Numbered from the stretch's first letter, positions 25,100 to 37,674 are shown. The stretch is 64,000 nucleotides of DNA from Eutreptiella sp. 'Long Island Sound 2002' (GCA_964036045.1 OZ038378.1:28582001-28646000); one strand, 5' to 3'. Program-made: numbers and translations. Notes: a model not told the origin generated them from the letters alone.

Positions 25100-28000
25100 T
25101 GTGTTGTGTGTAAAGCTCACATGTTATCTAATTTTGCAACTTGTAGAGATCCCCTGCCTCTCTCTGGGTGTCTCGCCTCAATCGTCCATCACGACATGAC
25201 ATGTCTTGCTTGCCATGCACCCCAGACCCCATTACCCCAAATTCCGTCGCTTTAATATCCTGAGCCGTTCTGTTGTATCCTCCTCTCGCGACCGTCCCCT
25301 GCGATTGGCACTCATTGCTTCCATGAATATGATGGCCACGCCCCACTCATGCGCACCCAACAGGCCAGCAATGTACTTTCGGACCTCCTCCTTCACCGTA
25401 CAATACGTGGCCTTCACAATCTTCTTACAACCTCTACCAAATAACATGGGCCTGCTCTTCCCATTCCTCCCACACCGGCTGCGGTGCCAGCGCCCTCTGG
25501 GTGTTAATGTACCTGAGCGAAGACGGTCCCTTCCTATACCAACTGCGGAATATGTGCCATACGGTGCCTTTTGTCTCTTGGTGGTATTGGTGGCGCTTCT
25601 TTTTCTGGTAGTACCCCACCCACTCTAGGGCGAACAACATCCACCTAGCCATCTTCCGCAGGGCAATTCCCATCGTGTACCGCAATCCCAACATACTCTG
25701 CGCGTCGGCTTCCATCCTTTCCAGTGTGGTTTTCATCACCCCATAAGTACCCACTGGCATAGGGTTCCCAGGTTCGAAACATATTGTCCCTGGCGACTGC
25801 AGTGCTCGCCATGTCTCGGTGCGGATGTCTCCTGCCGGTGTCGCCTGCAATGTTACAGTCCGCACCATGGCCAACAGCTTCACCTTGTTTTTTTTCCGTT
25901 AATTCCCTCGCAGTGTACAATGGTACGTGGTTGTGAATCTTCCTCACGTGTGTGGCTGCATCCTGAGGTTTGGTCCCAACTTGGGTCGTCTTCACTCGAC
26001 CATTGTTTTGTCACAATTTATAGTGCACTTGCTCCCATAGGTTCTTCTCTGCCACCTGGGGCGTAGTCTTCCTTGCCTTAAGTGCACCATACTATGCGCA
26101 TCGTGCATTACCGTCTTGCCACTCCGGGTCTTTTGGCATCATGGGCATTGTTCCTCAAAGCCGCGTCACCTCCATCATGAGTAGGTACTAATGTGTTGCC
26201 ACCGGCGTCGCGATTCACACTTTTGGCCCGTTGTTGGGTTCTCGACTAAGCTCTCTGCGACTTGTACCCTATTGATCTCACGTTTGTCCTCGGGTGTGGC
26301 TGTGTCATACTATTCCTCCCTGCGTGGGGCCCAATCCTCCCAACGTTCCATCCACACTTTCTTGAATGCTACTTCCCACTTCGGGCATTGGATCGGCCGG
26401 TTGTGCACTATCGTTCCATGCGCTTGCCCACACAGGGGACACTTTGCCTGCCCTTTCTCGCAAAGTGCCCCCGTCCCTTGCCATCGCACGCCCAATGGCC
26501 ATAGGGTGAATCTGCAGGTCCATGGGCCATGCCGCATGGCATGGGTGACTTCCACATTATCTACGAGGCCAAAATGAGGGTTGTGATTTCCCATGATATG
26601 TACGCAATGCGGGTGTGCGCCAAAAGATTGCACACGGGGATCCGCGTATACTCGCCACCCTTCCTCATTGTTACCAGCAATGCCAGAGTATCTAAGACCA
26701 TGTGGGAACACGCGGGCTCGACGTCGGGTTGTGCATCAACCAACTCGGTGTCCATGGCATGGGTAAATGCCATGGACAGAATGATTTGATTGAGGCGGTG
26801 CTGCAACGTTGGATACCCATGTGAGTTTGGAGGGGGCACTAGTCTAACACGAGGTTTTGCTATGCTCCCCTCAGCCACTCATGTTGGGACCTTCGCCTAA
26901 AAAGGTTCACATGTGCGCATAATGTTTAGCCAGTCAGCTATGCACATGCACAGTTGCTTACGTTGGTGCTTTCTCGGCCTTCTCCGTCTGTACAGCCTGC
27001 CATCCTGCATCATCTAATCCTATCTCTACCTCCCTAGAAAAAGAGGAGCGGACAAGAGGAGTGGCCTTTCCTCAAGCAAGTGGTTTTGCGGGAAGAACCA
27101 AGCTTCATACCTATTGTTTTTGGACAACAGACACACAAGGTCCGGGATCCACTTTGTCAATTGTGGAAGGAGATGTGATGGTGATGTCGCGATAGATTGT
27201 ACCCAACGAGCACACATACCTGCTTGCCTCAATGCAGTCTCTGGCTTCATACACCATCTTTTTTGGAATAGTTAACAACTTGCTTACTTGCCTTGTCAAT
27301 ACCTTGTCTTTGGCCCGAAGAGAGTTTGCCAATCCACATGGAGCATGGATTTTTGAAAAGTTCTGAGAGAGATAGGCAAGGGCGTCGCCACTGATTGGTG
27401 TTTCTTTAGTGCAACATTCCATTGGTTGCAATTTGATTCCTCGGTTGTCCTAGCAACGTCAAGTGGCGCAGACACTGAATGCTGGGGACATAGGCGTTGT
27501 GGTTGCTTGTGGTAACAATTGGTAGAAGCGGTGGAGGTTGGTATCGGTGTGGCTTTGACTTGATATGACATGATAGCGGACGGCGGCGCCATTTGCAGTG
27601 AACATGTGCGACTTGCGACGCACATCGGCACAGAAACATCCTATGAATAGTTGGGCATGAACTCTGCGTGTGGCCACCCAGCTGGAGCAGAATGTGGATC
27701 CACCATGGTTTCCGGGCAGTACAGGCGGGTGCTTGGTGCAAAATTTGATAACAGGCGTGCTTGTCGTTGTTAATTTTCAAGTGGTTCATCGACAATTATT
27801 GTGTCCCGTTGAACATGAAGTCACTATGTTGTAGGCCGGCTTGTATATGTTGGACACCTTCGGTTGTCGGCACACTGCTGCATTGTTGCTATTGTTCATG
27901 CTGGAACCAGCAACAGCTGCCGTAGAAGCATCTAGCCTAGTAGCTGCATGGGACCCCTGACAAAAAAACGTGGAACAATGACAAGAGCACGGCACTCTGA
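25100..28000 (-). mobile_element. Heavily decayed non-LTR retrotransposon-like coding region
   Basis: CPLCGQAHGTIVHNRPIQCPKW (CCHC-like knuckle at about 26360-26445) inside Trp-rich broken ORFs. RT-like LPQAT.TPMSPAF at about 27480-27520 is a weak match. Confidence 0.45.
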
Positions 28001-28249
28001 AGTTGCATCGTCTGAAAGATGTGGGAAGGTGCTCATCAAGTCTTAGGAGTGCACCGGCATAATTGCGAAGTATTCAGTGCTGCGGCGTGAGCAGCCCTGT
28101 TGCGGGGGGGGGAGGGGGCTGCAAAGTGCAGCTACAAACGTAGATCGCACGCCTCGGCGTGGCCACCATTTTGCGGAATCACTGCAACTAGGTCTTTAGC
28201 GATGATCAAGGTGCCATGCTGATCGAAATACGACAAAAAATGGACACTC

Positions 28250-29790
28250 AAGTGGTGTAATTTTGTTTTGTGGCAACGTCGTGGAATTTTCTTTGTGGCA
28301 AAGCACGTAAATTACAAAAAGAAATCCGACAAGGAAAACGAATCGTCAAATGGTGTGATTTTGTATGCGATAAATTCGCGTATTTTTTTGTGGTAGATTG
28401 TGTAATTGTAAAAAGAAATGGTAAAACTACAAAATGCAACTTTTGAAATATGTACGCAATATGCGCAATTGCCGGTTCGGTACGGCACCTCACGGCGGCT
28501 TCAACAATGAAACGCCGAGTCCACAAAGCCCCCAAAGCGCCATAGCCAACGTTACTGGCACCGTTGTATTCTTTTGGGCAACCAAGGCACTGGGAGAGGG
28601 CCAATGATACAGCATACTTATACGCACCACCATTGGTACACCATGTAGGCGGAGAAGAATGTAGTAATGCGAAAAGCCTACAACACATGCACCCGGTACA
28701 AGTAGTTGCACAATGCATGTTTATAGATGAGGTCGCTTTTTGTATCGGTGGACTTGACCTTTGCAGCAAAACTACGGTTCGGGTTGACAAGCCAAGCACA
28801 ACTCCACTACCTGCTGCTTGGTTAGTTCACTGATGCATTGTTGGTCACACTCCAAGTGGGCGGATGCATTTTTGGGGTAGCTATCCGGCACCTTGCGCCA
28901 CTCTGCACGGATGAGGACCTTGGGGCGGGTGTCCTCCTTTGTGGAAGGAGTGGCCATGGAAGGTTGTTGCTTGGCCTCTAATGTTGATGGCGGTGTGCAG
29001 GTCAATCAACCGCTTAGTGATGATTTGGAGAGGTTGGTTGAGCTTCCTGGCCAGTCTGTGTCCACCCCTAGCACCCAAGTTAAAGGTGCACTTTTAGAGG
29101 TCGAGGAAAGTGTTCATGCCGCCCCCGCCCCGCTCAAAAGAAAGGATGCCTCCTCCAAGCAAAGCAGCACATAGTCGACACAACCAAAACCCATTGGGGT
29201 GAGGGGAACATCCGAAAAAAACCCCGGTGCTCTACCACCTAGTTTGTGAGGCAAGAGCAGACGACCAACCGTCCTTTTAGAAACCCAAGGTCCGGTGCTT
29301 GGTGGATTAGCCTTGCTTCTTGAGCACTACTAAGAAAGGGCGGATCAAAGAAACGGGGCTCAAGGGTTCCCAAACCTAAACAATGAAACACTCTAACCGG
29401 ACACGGCAATGGAAGGTATACACAAAGCAGCAACCCTCCCTTGTCATCGCCATTGACGACGGTGGCGATAGCACCAAGCCATGATATCTAGTGTGGAGCC
29501 ACATTCAACAATTTGCAAACACCTAGACACTCGCTTGATATGAAAAGCCGCAAGAGTCTACGCACTTGGTTCATCAATTTTCCATGTGGTGGAGCTCTTG
29601 GTTCAACCAACACAAGATAGCCTTGTCCGTCAACCAATGTCCCACCCCCTAAGGGTTTGTTTTGCTCGCGATGGTACCGCGATAACCCCTTTTAGAAGCG
29701 GGCACTTGGTAAGGCCTTCCCATTCACCTTCTTCCATGGCACAAGGGGCACACTTGGCAAGGCCTTCTCTCCCTGGACCGTGGGCGGAAT
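28250..29790 (-). mobile_element. Decayed Ulp1-carrying element, copy 3
   Basis: GHWLTDKAILCWLNQEL, KKDGWS, KVLIRAEWRKVPDSYPK and DLIYKHALCNYL are colinear with copies 1 and 2. The His-Trp motif is deleted. Confidence 0.7.
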
Positions 29791-29939
29791 GGCTACATAA
29801 CCTCTACCGACTAGGCAGTCCCTAACGCTTCACGGAGGAGGACAAAAAATCAGAAGTGGCCCACAAAAGGGCGGATTCGCTACATAGCCCCTGCCGTCTA
29901 GGCGACCCCCAACACTTCAAAACGGGGGACAAAGGGGGG

Positions 29940-30270
29940 GTATCTGCACCGCGCGCTACTTTTCCAACGTGTTTAGCCATAAGGGGCTTGCTTTGACACA
30001 CCTCCCAAAATGCCCCCTGAGGAGAGATAACCCTTGGGTACCACACACCGGGGCTAAGCTTCGAGGGCGGGATCTTCAAAGAGCAACAAACGGCATCTGT
30101 ATAGTGCGTCGTGTTGCACCATTTGGCGCTCAAAGCATGGACGCTTTAATAAAACAACTTAGTGCAGTAGTTCAACTCAAAAGTATCACGGACTAGGCTC
30201 AGAACCCCGAGACAAGGGGCCCCCGGGGCAGAAGCTGCAGCTGCTTGGTCATGCCACACCGTTAAATCTC
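29940..30270. repeat. Dispersed roughly 330-bp repeat homologous to 56160-56480
   Basis: Identical blocks such as GGAGAGATAACCCTTGGGTACCACACACCGGGGCTAAGCTTCGAGGG and CCCCGGGGCAGAAGCTGCAGCTGCTTGGT. Confidence 0.85.
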
Positions 30271-30329
30271 TACCGCGCACGTGATGCGCACGCGCCGCGT
30301 CAGGTGCTCCCTCAAACCAGAAGGCGCCC

Positions 30330-31112
30330 ACAATTGGGCAGATTGGCTACGTAACACTTGCCGCCTGGAGGGTCCCCAACGCTTCAAGGCAAGGGACAAA
30401 ATAAGAAGTGGCACACAAGTGGGCGGATGGGCTACGTAGCCCCTACCGTTTTGGGGGGTCCCCAACACTGCTCAGCGGGGGACAAAATCAGAAGTGGCCA
30501 ACAAGGGGCAGATTGGCTACATAACCCGTATTGTCTAGGGGGTCCCCAACATTTCATGGCGGGGGACAAAATCACAAGCGGCCCACAAGTGGGCTACTTG
30601 GCTACATCACCCCTGGACAGAGGGTTCCCTAACGCTTCAGAGCGGGGGACAAACGAGAAGTGGCCCTTCAATTGGCCGATTGGCTACATAACCCCTGCCA
30701 TCTAGTGTCCCAACACTTCAAAGCGGGGGAAAAGATGAGGAGTGGGCGAAAAGTGGGCATACAAATGGGGACATTGGCTACATAACCCCTGCCGTCTCGG
30801 GGGTCCCCAACGCTTAATAGCGGGGGCAAGATCAGCAGTAGCCCACGAGCGGGCCTAGTGGCTACATAACTTCTGCAGTTTGGGGTCCCCAACACTTCAC
30901 AGTGGGGGACAAACCAAAAGTGACCCACAAGTGGGCGGATCGGCTACATAACCCGTGTCTCGGGTCCCCAATGGTTCAGTGTGGGCGACAGAATCAGAAG
31001 ATGCCCGCAGTTGGGCAGATTGGTTGCATAATCCCTGTGGTTGTGAGGGGTCCCCAACGCTGCACAGCGGGGGACGAAGTGAGAAGTGGCCCACAAGTGG
31101 GCAAATTGGCTA
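30330..31112. repeat. Diverged roughly 85-bp satellite, about 10 units; related units at 29800-29935 and 59390-59640
   Basis: Recurring blocks GGCTACATAACCC, GGGTCCCCAAC, GGGGGACAAAA and AGTGGCCCACAAGTGGGC. Confidence 0.85.
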
Positions 31113-31829
31113 CATGCATCTATTTCTATCTAAATCTATCTAAAATCGTGTGATTTTTTTCACTGCGGTAAAATTGTGTTTTTTACGGTATATGTGAGTA
31201 CAAAAAATTGTCAAGCCGTGTAATTTTTTTGGCTTTAAACACCAGTACAAAAAAAGTAGTCAAGTCATGAATTTCTTTTGTGGTGACCGCGAGTACAAAA
31301 AAATTGTCACACTGTGAAATTTTTTCGCGGTAAACACCAGTACGGTTTACACACAACTACCGGGAAACCGAATTACACGATAGGGCGATTTTTTTTCACG
31401 CGTTTACTAGACAAAAAAAAAACATTGCAGGTGTCACAACATGCACTCGCAACACTAGTGCTCTTGTTTGGAAAGATGGTTGTGGGGCTTCAACTTGGGT
31501 ACGTACTTTCCGCCATCTAAGAGCAACACCAAGATATTTAGCAGGTTGTTGCACGTGCTCTTTGTGCATTCAGCACCGCCCGTAGGATGTAAGATAGCTC
31601 AGTGCTTGATTCACACAATTTTTGAATTGGTTTCTCATAGTCAATTGGCGCCCATTGTGATGTCACATCATAACGGTCTCGAGCACTACAGGGGAAGACC
31701 CATACACGTGACAACAAATCTTTTGCACATCCGTAAGTCCAATGCACGGCCCCATCTCGCGAGCAGAATCATGGCTATGACACGGTCGGTATGATCGGAC
31801 ATGCCAGTCTATCCGAGGCGTTCACTAAC

Positions 31830-32800
31830 GCTTTCTCGAATTTTCAGCATAGGTACATTCGATCATTAGGGTATGCCAATTGGCCATGTGGCAACTTGTG
31901 AAAATGATCACAGAAATTCGTTGATATTGGTTCGTGCTCTCTCTCCCTATTCCCTCACCGCTCGTTTGACCTACGTCTTGATGTACCCATTGTCGCCGTC
32001 GCTTTCTTTCCCCTCGTCTTCCCTCTCTTCTTTGCCGTAGTCCACGGTGACTCCTGCTTTTTGCTATAGTGGTGCACGATCTGGTTGGTTCATCCAGTGG
32101 TATTGTTTCATGGCATTTCTCGCCCAAGCGCGTTGCGATGCCTGTGCACACGGCGCCACTTCCTCCCACTCCGCGTCCACACCGTGCTTATGACTTTCCG
32201 CCGTGCGTATTATCCGCCTGATCACTTGCGCGGTCCTTCTCATCTCCTGGTGCTAGCCCGGGAAGGTTTCCCACGGCATCCTGCTTTATGTTTCACATTC
32301 CTTCACCCATGTTTGTGACATCCTATTGGCCCTCAAATCCTCACCGCCTAAGGGGATTAACCCTTGTTGAAACCGTAATCCCCAACCCCGGGAGACCGTG
32401 TTTTGGGCCACATCTAGCTGCTAGGTTTTTCCTTTTGACTCAATGATGCACTTCCACCATTCGTCACCCATTGGTGCCCACTTGTCTATACCTCATGTAG
32501 CCCTCCTGAGTGTTGATCCCCCCGTGTCTTGTGGCATCCTATTGGGGAGTCGTACTTGCTGCCGGAGGCACCATGTTGTGGAATTTGGCTGAAACAGTCT
32601 CCGCCGTAGCTTCCCATACCACGGCCTATCTTTCCTCGGTCCCTCATATTCTGCTGCCACCGGCATGGGTAACTATGCATGTACCTGTGTTACGCCCAAG
32701 AACAAATGATATTGGAAGTGGGCCGGGTCCCTCCGTAGGGAATATCCCTTGCATCTCAGTGCTTTCACCAAAGTTTTAGGAATTCAAAGCATGGCACACG
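31830..32800 (-). pseudogene. Decayed coding sequence, compositionally similar to the LINE C-terminal region at 25-26.7 kb
   Basis: Long minus-strand frames with scattered stops (...PWYGKLRRRLF...; ...RRIIRTAESHKHGVDAEWEEVAP...). No diagnostic motif. Confidence 0.3.
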
Positions 32801-34039
32801 CCAAGTTTTCTTTATCCGACCCATACACGTAACAATAAATGCAAAAAAGACCAACCATGGCACAAAAAAACAGAATTGATTGGCGACATTGTGAGAGTGT
32901 CCACATGGCGTATCACATGCATGTTGGTGGAGGACATGACTATGCCTTTTTGTGACACGGAGGGACGGGGGGAGGGGTGAGATCTTGGAGGAGGCAGACA
33001 CTTTTGAGGGCAGGCACTACTTTTGTCCTACCCCTATGCGAGGAGATCTAGCTAGGGAGGCAGGCACCCACTCAACGCCTTGTCCACGGTACCTACCCAA
33101 CATCCAACCACACATAGTGCAACAAATCAGGAAAAACCATTATGCCACATTTGCAAAGTGCTTTCATGATGAGCTGTGCGGAAAAATGGGGGGAAAAACA
33201 GAACACCACTGATAGGTAAAAATCAGTGCGTTCCATGAATGGAACCAAGGACCTTTATCTCTGCAGCCCAATGCGCCACCAAATGAGCTACTGCCCAGAT
33301 CTGCCTGATTGGTGTAACAGAGCACTCAAAGCTGGCACATGATGTCCAGAAGAAAATCCCAACCCAATATTGGCCTACCCCCGCTGGCGGGGGGGGGGGG
33401 GTTCCGGTGAAAGCATCTAGAATTTCAAAAAAGGCAGTCAGGCAGGCAACCACCCCCCTACTGGTGAGTATCCGGGCCACCAAAAAAGGCTCAGATATGA
33501 CCCAACACGACTGCATATTTCTGTGTATTTTTGAGACACAGCACATGCAAATAGACCATATTGGAGAAATAACCAAACCGGCCTATGTTGCTAAAATCCG
33601 AGGTACATTTGCACGCATACAGTGAAGCGAAATAGGACTATTCATGCACTTTAGTTCCACACCTACATACGCATAGCTGTACGCAAAACGGAACTCTGGG
33701 TGTGGCATACCATGAAGTATGGACACATGCATATCCAGAGATTTCCCGGATGCATAGTCAATGTACCATGGACCATGGATGCTATACATCAGACATGTAT
33801 ACAGTGTAGCAGTCACTCCGCCCAAAATGGTCATCCAGACCCACTCCACAAATCTGGGACGCTCCGTCTCGAAATTTTGCTGTCAAGCCCTCCACACCAC
33901 CCAACCATGTCAGCCACATCTGAGTTCTCCCTTCACCCTGATGCAGCTCACAGGTGGCAGAGTGAGGCAATGCACCGCCCATCCTCTGGCAGATCATAAC
34001 TGCTGTAAAATATCCGGCTTCGGTCAGAGGTTAATGGGC

Positions 34040-34230
34040 TTGCGCTTGATGTGGTGCACGGACCAGTGCTCATATGAACAACTGCTTGCGATCCGTTGGT
34101 CCGTCAGCGTCCAAGCTAGCGCTTGTCTATGGTGGGTCCGGCTCGTTGCATGGGCCACACCTCCACAAGCCCAGTGAGGGGACGACCCTTCGGTCTTAAA
34201 AGCGACTCTCCTGGCAGTAGCAGTCAGCCC
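34040..34230. repeat. Dispersed repeat homologous to about 46625-46810
   Basis: CCAGTGCTC.(T/C)ATGAA.AACTGCTTGC.ATCC...CCTCCACAAGCCCAG.GAGGGGACGACCCT occurs in both. Confidence 0.75.
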
Positions 34231-34666
34231 AATGCCCCTCCGGGTAGCGCTGCGCCCAAGGTGGGGGGCAGCGGTCCCAACATGCCCCTCCTCCCCGTTG
34301 CGCACGCCCAGCCCAAGTGCAGAAACTGACAAATGCACGGGTTACTGCGCTCCCGCGCAGCAGTAACTCACCTCAGACACCAATCCAATACCTACTCCGC
34401 CCAATGAGCGTGCCAGTGCATCCAAATCCAAGGTCCCGCAGATGAGCATAAGAGGCGCCACGACGTCAAATACCCACCGTGGCGTGCCAGCAACTTGCAA
34501 AACTTTGGGATATAAATACATTTGACGTCAAGCCTCATGTGTTGTATACATGTGTCGCACCTTTGCTAGAGGCTGTTGTCGCCAACCCTCCAGCTGCGAA
34601 ACCTAAACCCAAAACGGCCTCCAAGTGATTGTCAATGACAACTCTCTTGAAATCGAAGTGATCTAA

Positions 34667-35653
34667 GGGGGCGTTTTCGCACAGCGCGCGCACAGCGCCA
34701 GTTATTACGGTGTTTACCCCGGTAACAGCCCTGAAAACCTGCCACCTCTAGAAGCATGCATGAGCAATTCAAAACTCCGAAATTCAAACGTGTCGTGTTC
34801 TCAGAATTATCCAATGTCCAAAACAATGCAACGTAGACAATAAAATTGTCTTGCGGGTGTTAAAGAACATATATTAGGGGCTACTCGGGAACATCAATCT
34901 CGCAAGTATGTTCACCCATGCAACCTCTACACAAGTAAAGGTCACACGTGGAGCATTCCGATGTGTCCCTTTTGTCACAAACTTGGCAAAGGAAAGTATC
35001 CTCCTCTTCCTCATCAACCTCAGGGGCCTCTTCCTCTGTCCAAATGGAAGAAGGAATGTGCTCCCATGGGCCATAAGGCTGATACCTTTTCTGTCTTCGC
35101 AACATGAATTGTGAAAAGTGCAGAAGTATGCGTGTGTTGGCATGCAAGTCTTGATGGGACCCCAGCCAAATGTCACGCACTACTCTCCAAGACCAAAGGT
35201 GGGCAAACAAGTGTTCCACCCGTGCACTAGGGATGGCAAAGGAGATGGACTCAACTTTGCACTGCCGATTCACCACCTTCACCGCGTCTTGGAAATACTC
35301 CAAGTGGACTAATCCGTCGGGCGCAAACCCCACCACTATGGCAGGAACTCGCACCCCATTGGAGCGAGTGTAGAACGCCCTGTCTCCAACATTAAAGTCC
35401 ATGGTGAATGCAATAGAGGGTCTGAGAAATGAGAGCAAAAGATGATGCCCCGCGGCAGACACCCTGAGAATGTATCACCATATACCTGCCTCAGGGTACC
35501 CGTTTGCAAGGGTACATACACGCAAGAAGGGGGAGGGTTGATGCTACAAGGATACACAATGGCAATAGTACCCTGCGGCAATCCTACACCCAAAAAACTG
35601 CCTACCGGTGGTGGAGAATGGCCTACTTTTCGCACAGCGCACGGTACGCCCCC
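34667..35653 (-). mobile_element. Complete 987-bp non-autonomous TIR element (PIF/Harbinger-like) carrying an intact ORF
   Basis: TAA|GGGGGCGT ... ACGCCCCC|TAA: perfect 8-bp TIR and 3-bp TAA TSD. GCACAGCGC subterminal motifs at both ends. Confidence 0.8.
34881..35402 (-). CDS. Transposon cargo protein: Tudor/SH3-like domain, acidic linker and B-box-like zinc finger (173 aa)
   Basis: MDFNVGDRAFYTRSNGVRVPAIVVG..., then EEEAPEVDEEEED and CQVC-x5-CSTC-x4-CRGC-x3-HTC. No internal stop. Acceptor TTTTGCTCTCATTTCTCAG lies 19 nt upstream of the ATG. Confidence 0.65.
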   Translation of the reverse strand: MDFNVGDRAFYTRSNGVRVPAIVVGFAPDGLVHLEYFQDAVKVVNRQCKVESISFAIPSARVEHLFAHLWSWRVVRDIWLGSHQDLHANTRILLHFSQFMLRRQKRYQPYGPWEHIPSSIWTEEEAPEVDEEEEDTFLCQVCDKRDTSECSTCDLYLCRGCMGEHTCEIDVPE

Positions 35654-36961
35654 TAATTCTGCATCATCAATGCTGTCAAAATGCAGCAATCTGATGCCAT
35701 TTAGAGGACACAAACCCCTCCCGCACCATGTGTTGCAAAAGCGGTGAACGGCTCCTTGACACTCAGGGCGGGTGGAGACCACGCCGCTGTTTGGAGGCTT
35801 GGGGCTAACGTATGTAGACAAGCCCGGGTGTACCATTCGCGCACTGCGCCGTTTCGTTCGCATGTGAATTCCTGTGAGTCTCACCCAACACCGCATGAAC
35901 ACCGTAGACATGTAGACCCACCAAAACAACACAACATCAACACAACACGACACAATGCCACGCAACACAACACCACAGCCACCACGACACTATGCAGGGC
36001 CACGTCACGTACAAAGGAAGACACTCGCAGATGTGACCAGAAATCGCGAAAAATTCTGTGAATTTCACCCAAAAATCACCCCAAATCGGTGGCCACAGTT
36101 CACGCACGCGGATACCATGAAAGGCGATTTACGAAGCGGACAAAGTGGGAGCCCGTTTCCATATGCATGCCCGGCATTGTATGCGAGACAAGAGGGCGCT
36201 CAAGAGGTGGCGCAAGGGACTACTCGCTGTGAGACGAGGATCAGGTGATGCTTTGCTTTGTTGGCCTAGCATGCAGGACCACCACCACCACCACCACCAA
36301 CAGCATCACCAGCAGCCCACCAGCACCGCACGACACCACCGCAAAAGTCACGAATGCGTCCCAGACGCTTCTGCATGTGTCTCGGGTCTCAGCATCACAC
36401 AGCCACAGGAATCCACCGATTCCGGTCTGTACGCTTTCTGGGTGCACTGGGCCCTGGAGCAGCCGGGCTTCTTGCATTCCCAATGCATGTGCGTGGCGCT
36501 GTGTGCCTTGTCTGAGCATGTGCCCAAGCACAATACCGCAGTGCCGCCGTCCCAAGAGACCCTGCGACGCAAGCCCAAAGCCGTCAGATGCGTGTCCGGA
36601 GCTGTCGCACGGCAAAGGGGCATGGGTGCCTGCGCGATTCGGCGCTGCATACAACGTCCCATGTGGCAGGCCCTCTGTCATATCCATTGCAGGCGGTGCC
36701 ACAATGCACCGCACCGTTGTTGCATTCGGGCACCCGCACATCATAAAATGTGTGTGTGGGGGGGGGGGGACTCCTGCTGCTCAGCCGTCTTACCCGGAGC
36801 CTGCGCGCACGAAGTCCCCAGCAGATGCCTGGAGCAGAACTGAAATAGAGGCAAATGCCGTGAGTCACTTCCCGCAACTGACCAATGACTGCCGTCGGTT
36901 GATCGCAACCACCGTCGCGAACCCACAAGAGGGTCGCGCGCACTCACGATGCCCGTGCCCC

Positions 36962-37342
36962 TCACTTCATCACGTTGGGAGTGGGGCCTTGCGGTGCGGG
37001 TTGCGCGCCCGGCTTCGGGATGTCGTTCCTGGACCCGAGGGACTGCAACACCGGGTCCGCAATCAAAAGGCAGGCCACACACAGCAGCACCGTCTGGGCG
37101 TTGGTAGCCAGCGCCCCGTGGTCCCGCAGCTTGCGGTGCAGCAGCTGCGCGTACGCCTGGACGCCACCTCCGGGGCTGGTGTCGGTCCCCCACGGGGCGC
37201 TGCGGAGCGTTTTCTGGCCCCAGAGCCCCAGCCGAATAGCGTACGTAGGGCCGAAAGGAAGTTCCTGTGCCGGCCCCGAGGGCGCCGCGGCGAAGGAGAA
37301 GTAGAACACGACGCGGTCGGGGGAGCCTGGGGCTGTATGAGC
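36962..37342 (-). CDS. PhyH-family dioxygenase, exon 3 (spliced product about 370 aa)
   Basis: Acceptor CCTCCCTCCCTCTCAG|GCT gives HRGQ-AHTAPGSPDRVVFYFSFA, the expected R-x-x-x-Y-F-S-F strand after HRG. TGA at 36962. The C-terminal tail could hide a further intron. Confidence 0.8.
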   Translation of the reverse strand, partial: AHTAPGSPDRVVFYFSFAAAPSGPAQELPFGPTYAIRLGLWGQKTLRSAPWGTDTSPGGGVQAYAQLLHRKLRDHGALATNAQTVLLCVACLLIADPVLQSLGSRNDIPKPGAQPAPQGPTPNVMK

Positions 37343-37674
37343 CTGAGAGGGAGGGAGGGAGGCAAAAGGCAGTGGCAGGGCTTGCCTGAGTGCGGCAACG
37401 AAGACCAGGTCTCTTCCCATTACTCTGCAGTCCAAAATTGGTACTACTCCCTTTCCGTGTGCCCGAAAGAAAACCGACAGCGCAAAGCAGTGGGCGCAAA
37501 AGATATGCCCTTTGATCATAGAATACCCTGAGACAACCGCCAACAGCCGTCAACTGGTCGTCGGTTGACCATCAACTGTCAACTGTCACCGGTGGGCAGT
37601 TGAAGGTGCGCGGGTGGGGATTGACTGCCAGCAGTTGGCAGTTGGAAGTCAGGCGGCGGTACGGGACTTTCCTT

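Noticed and set aside
30330-31112. CRISPR-like appearance of conserved blocks with variable spacers; also the 48-bp and 170-bp tandems
   Set aside because: The repeats are degenerate, the spacers are homologous to each other, there are no cas genes, and the context is eukaryotic.
36385-36445. TQPQESTDSGLYAF looks like a Ulp1 Q-x3-DCG motif with Cys changed to Ser
   Set aside because: No upstream His-Trp motif was found, and a single short motif is insufficient.
36245-37531. 428-aa plus-strand ORF, the longest in the track
   Set aside because: It is largely the GC-rich antisense shadow of PhyH exon 3 plus microsatellite-derived low complexity, with no recognisable domain.
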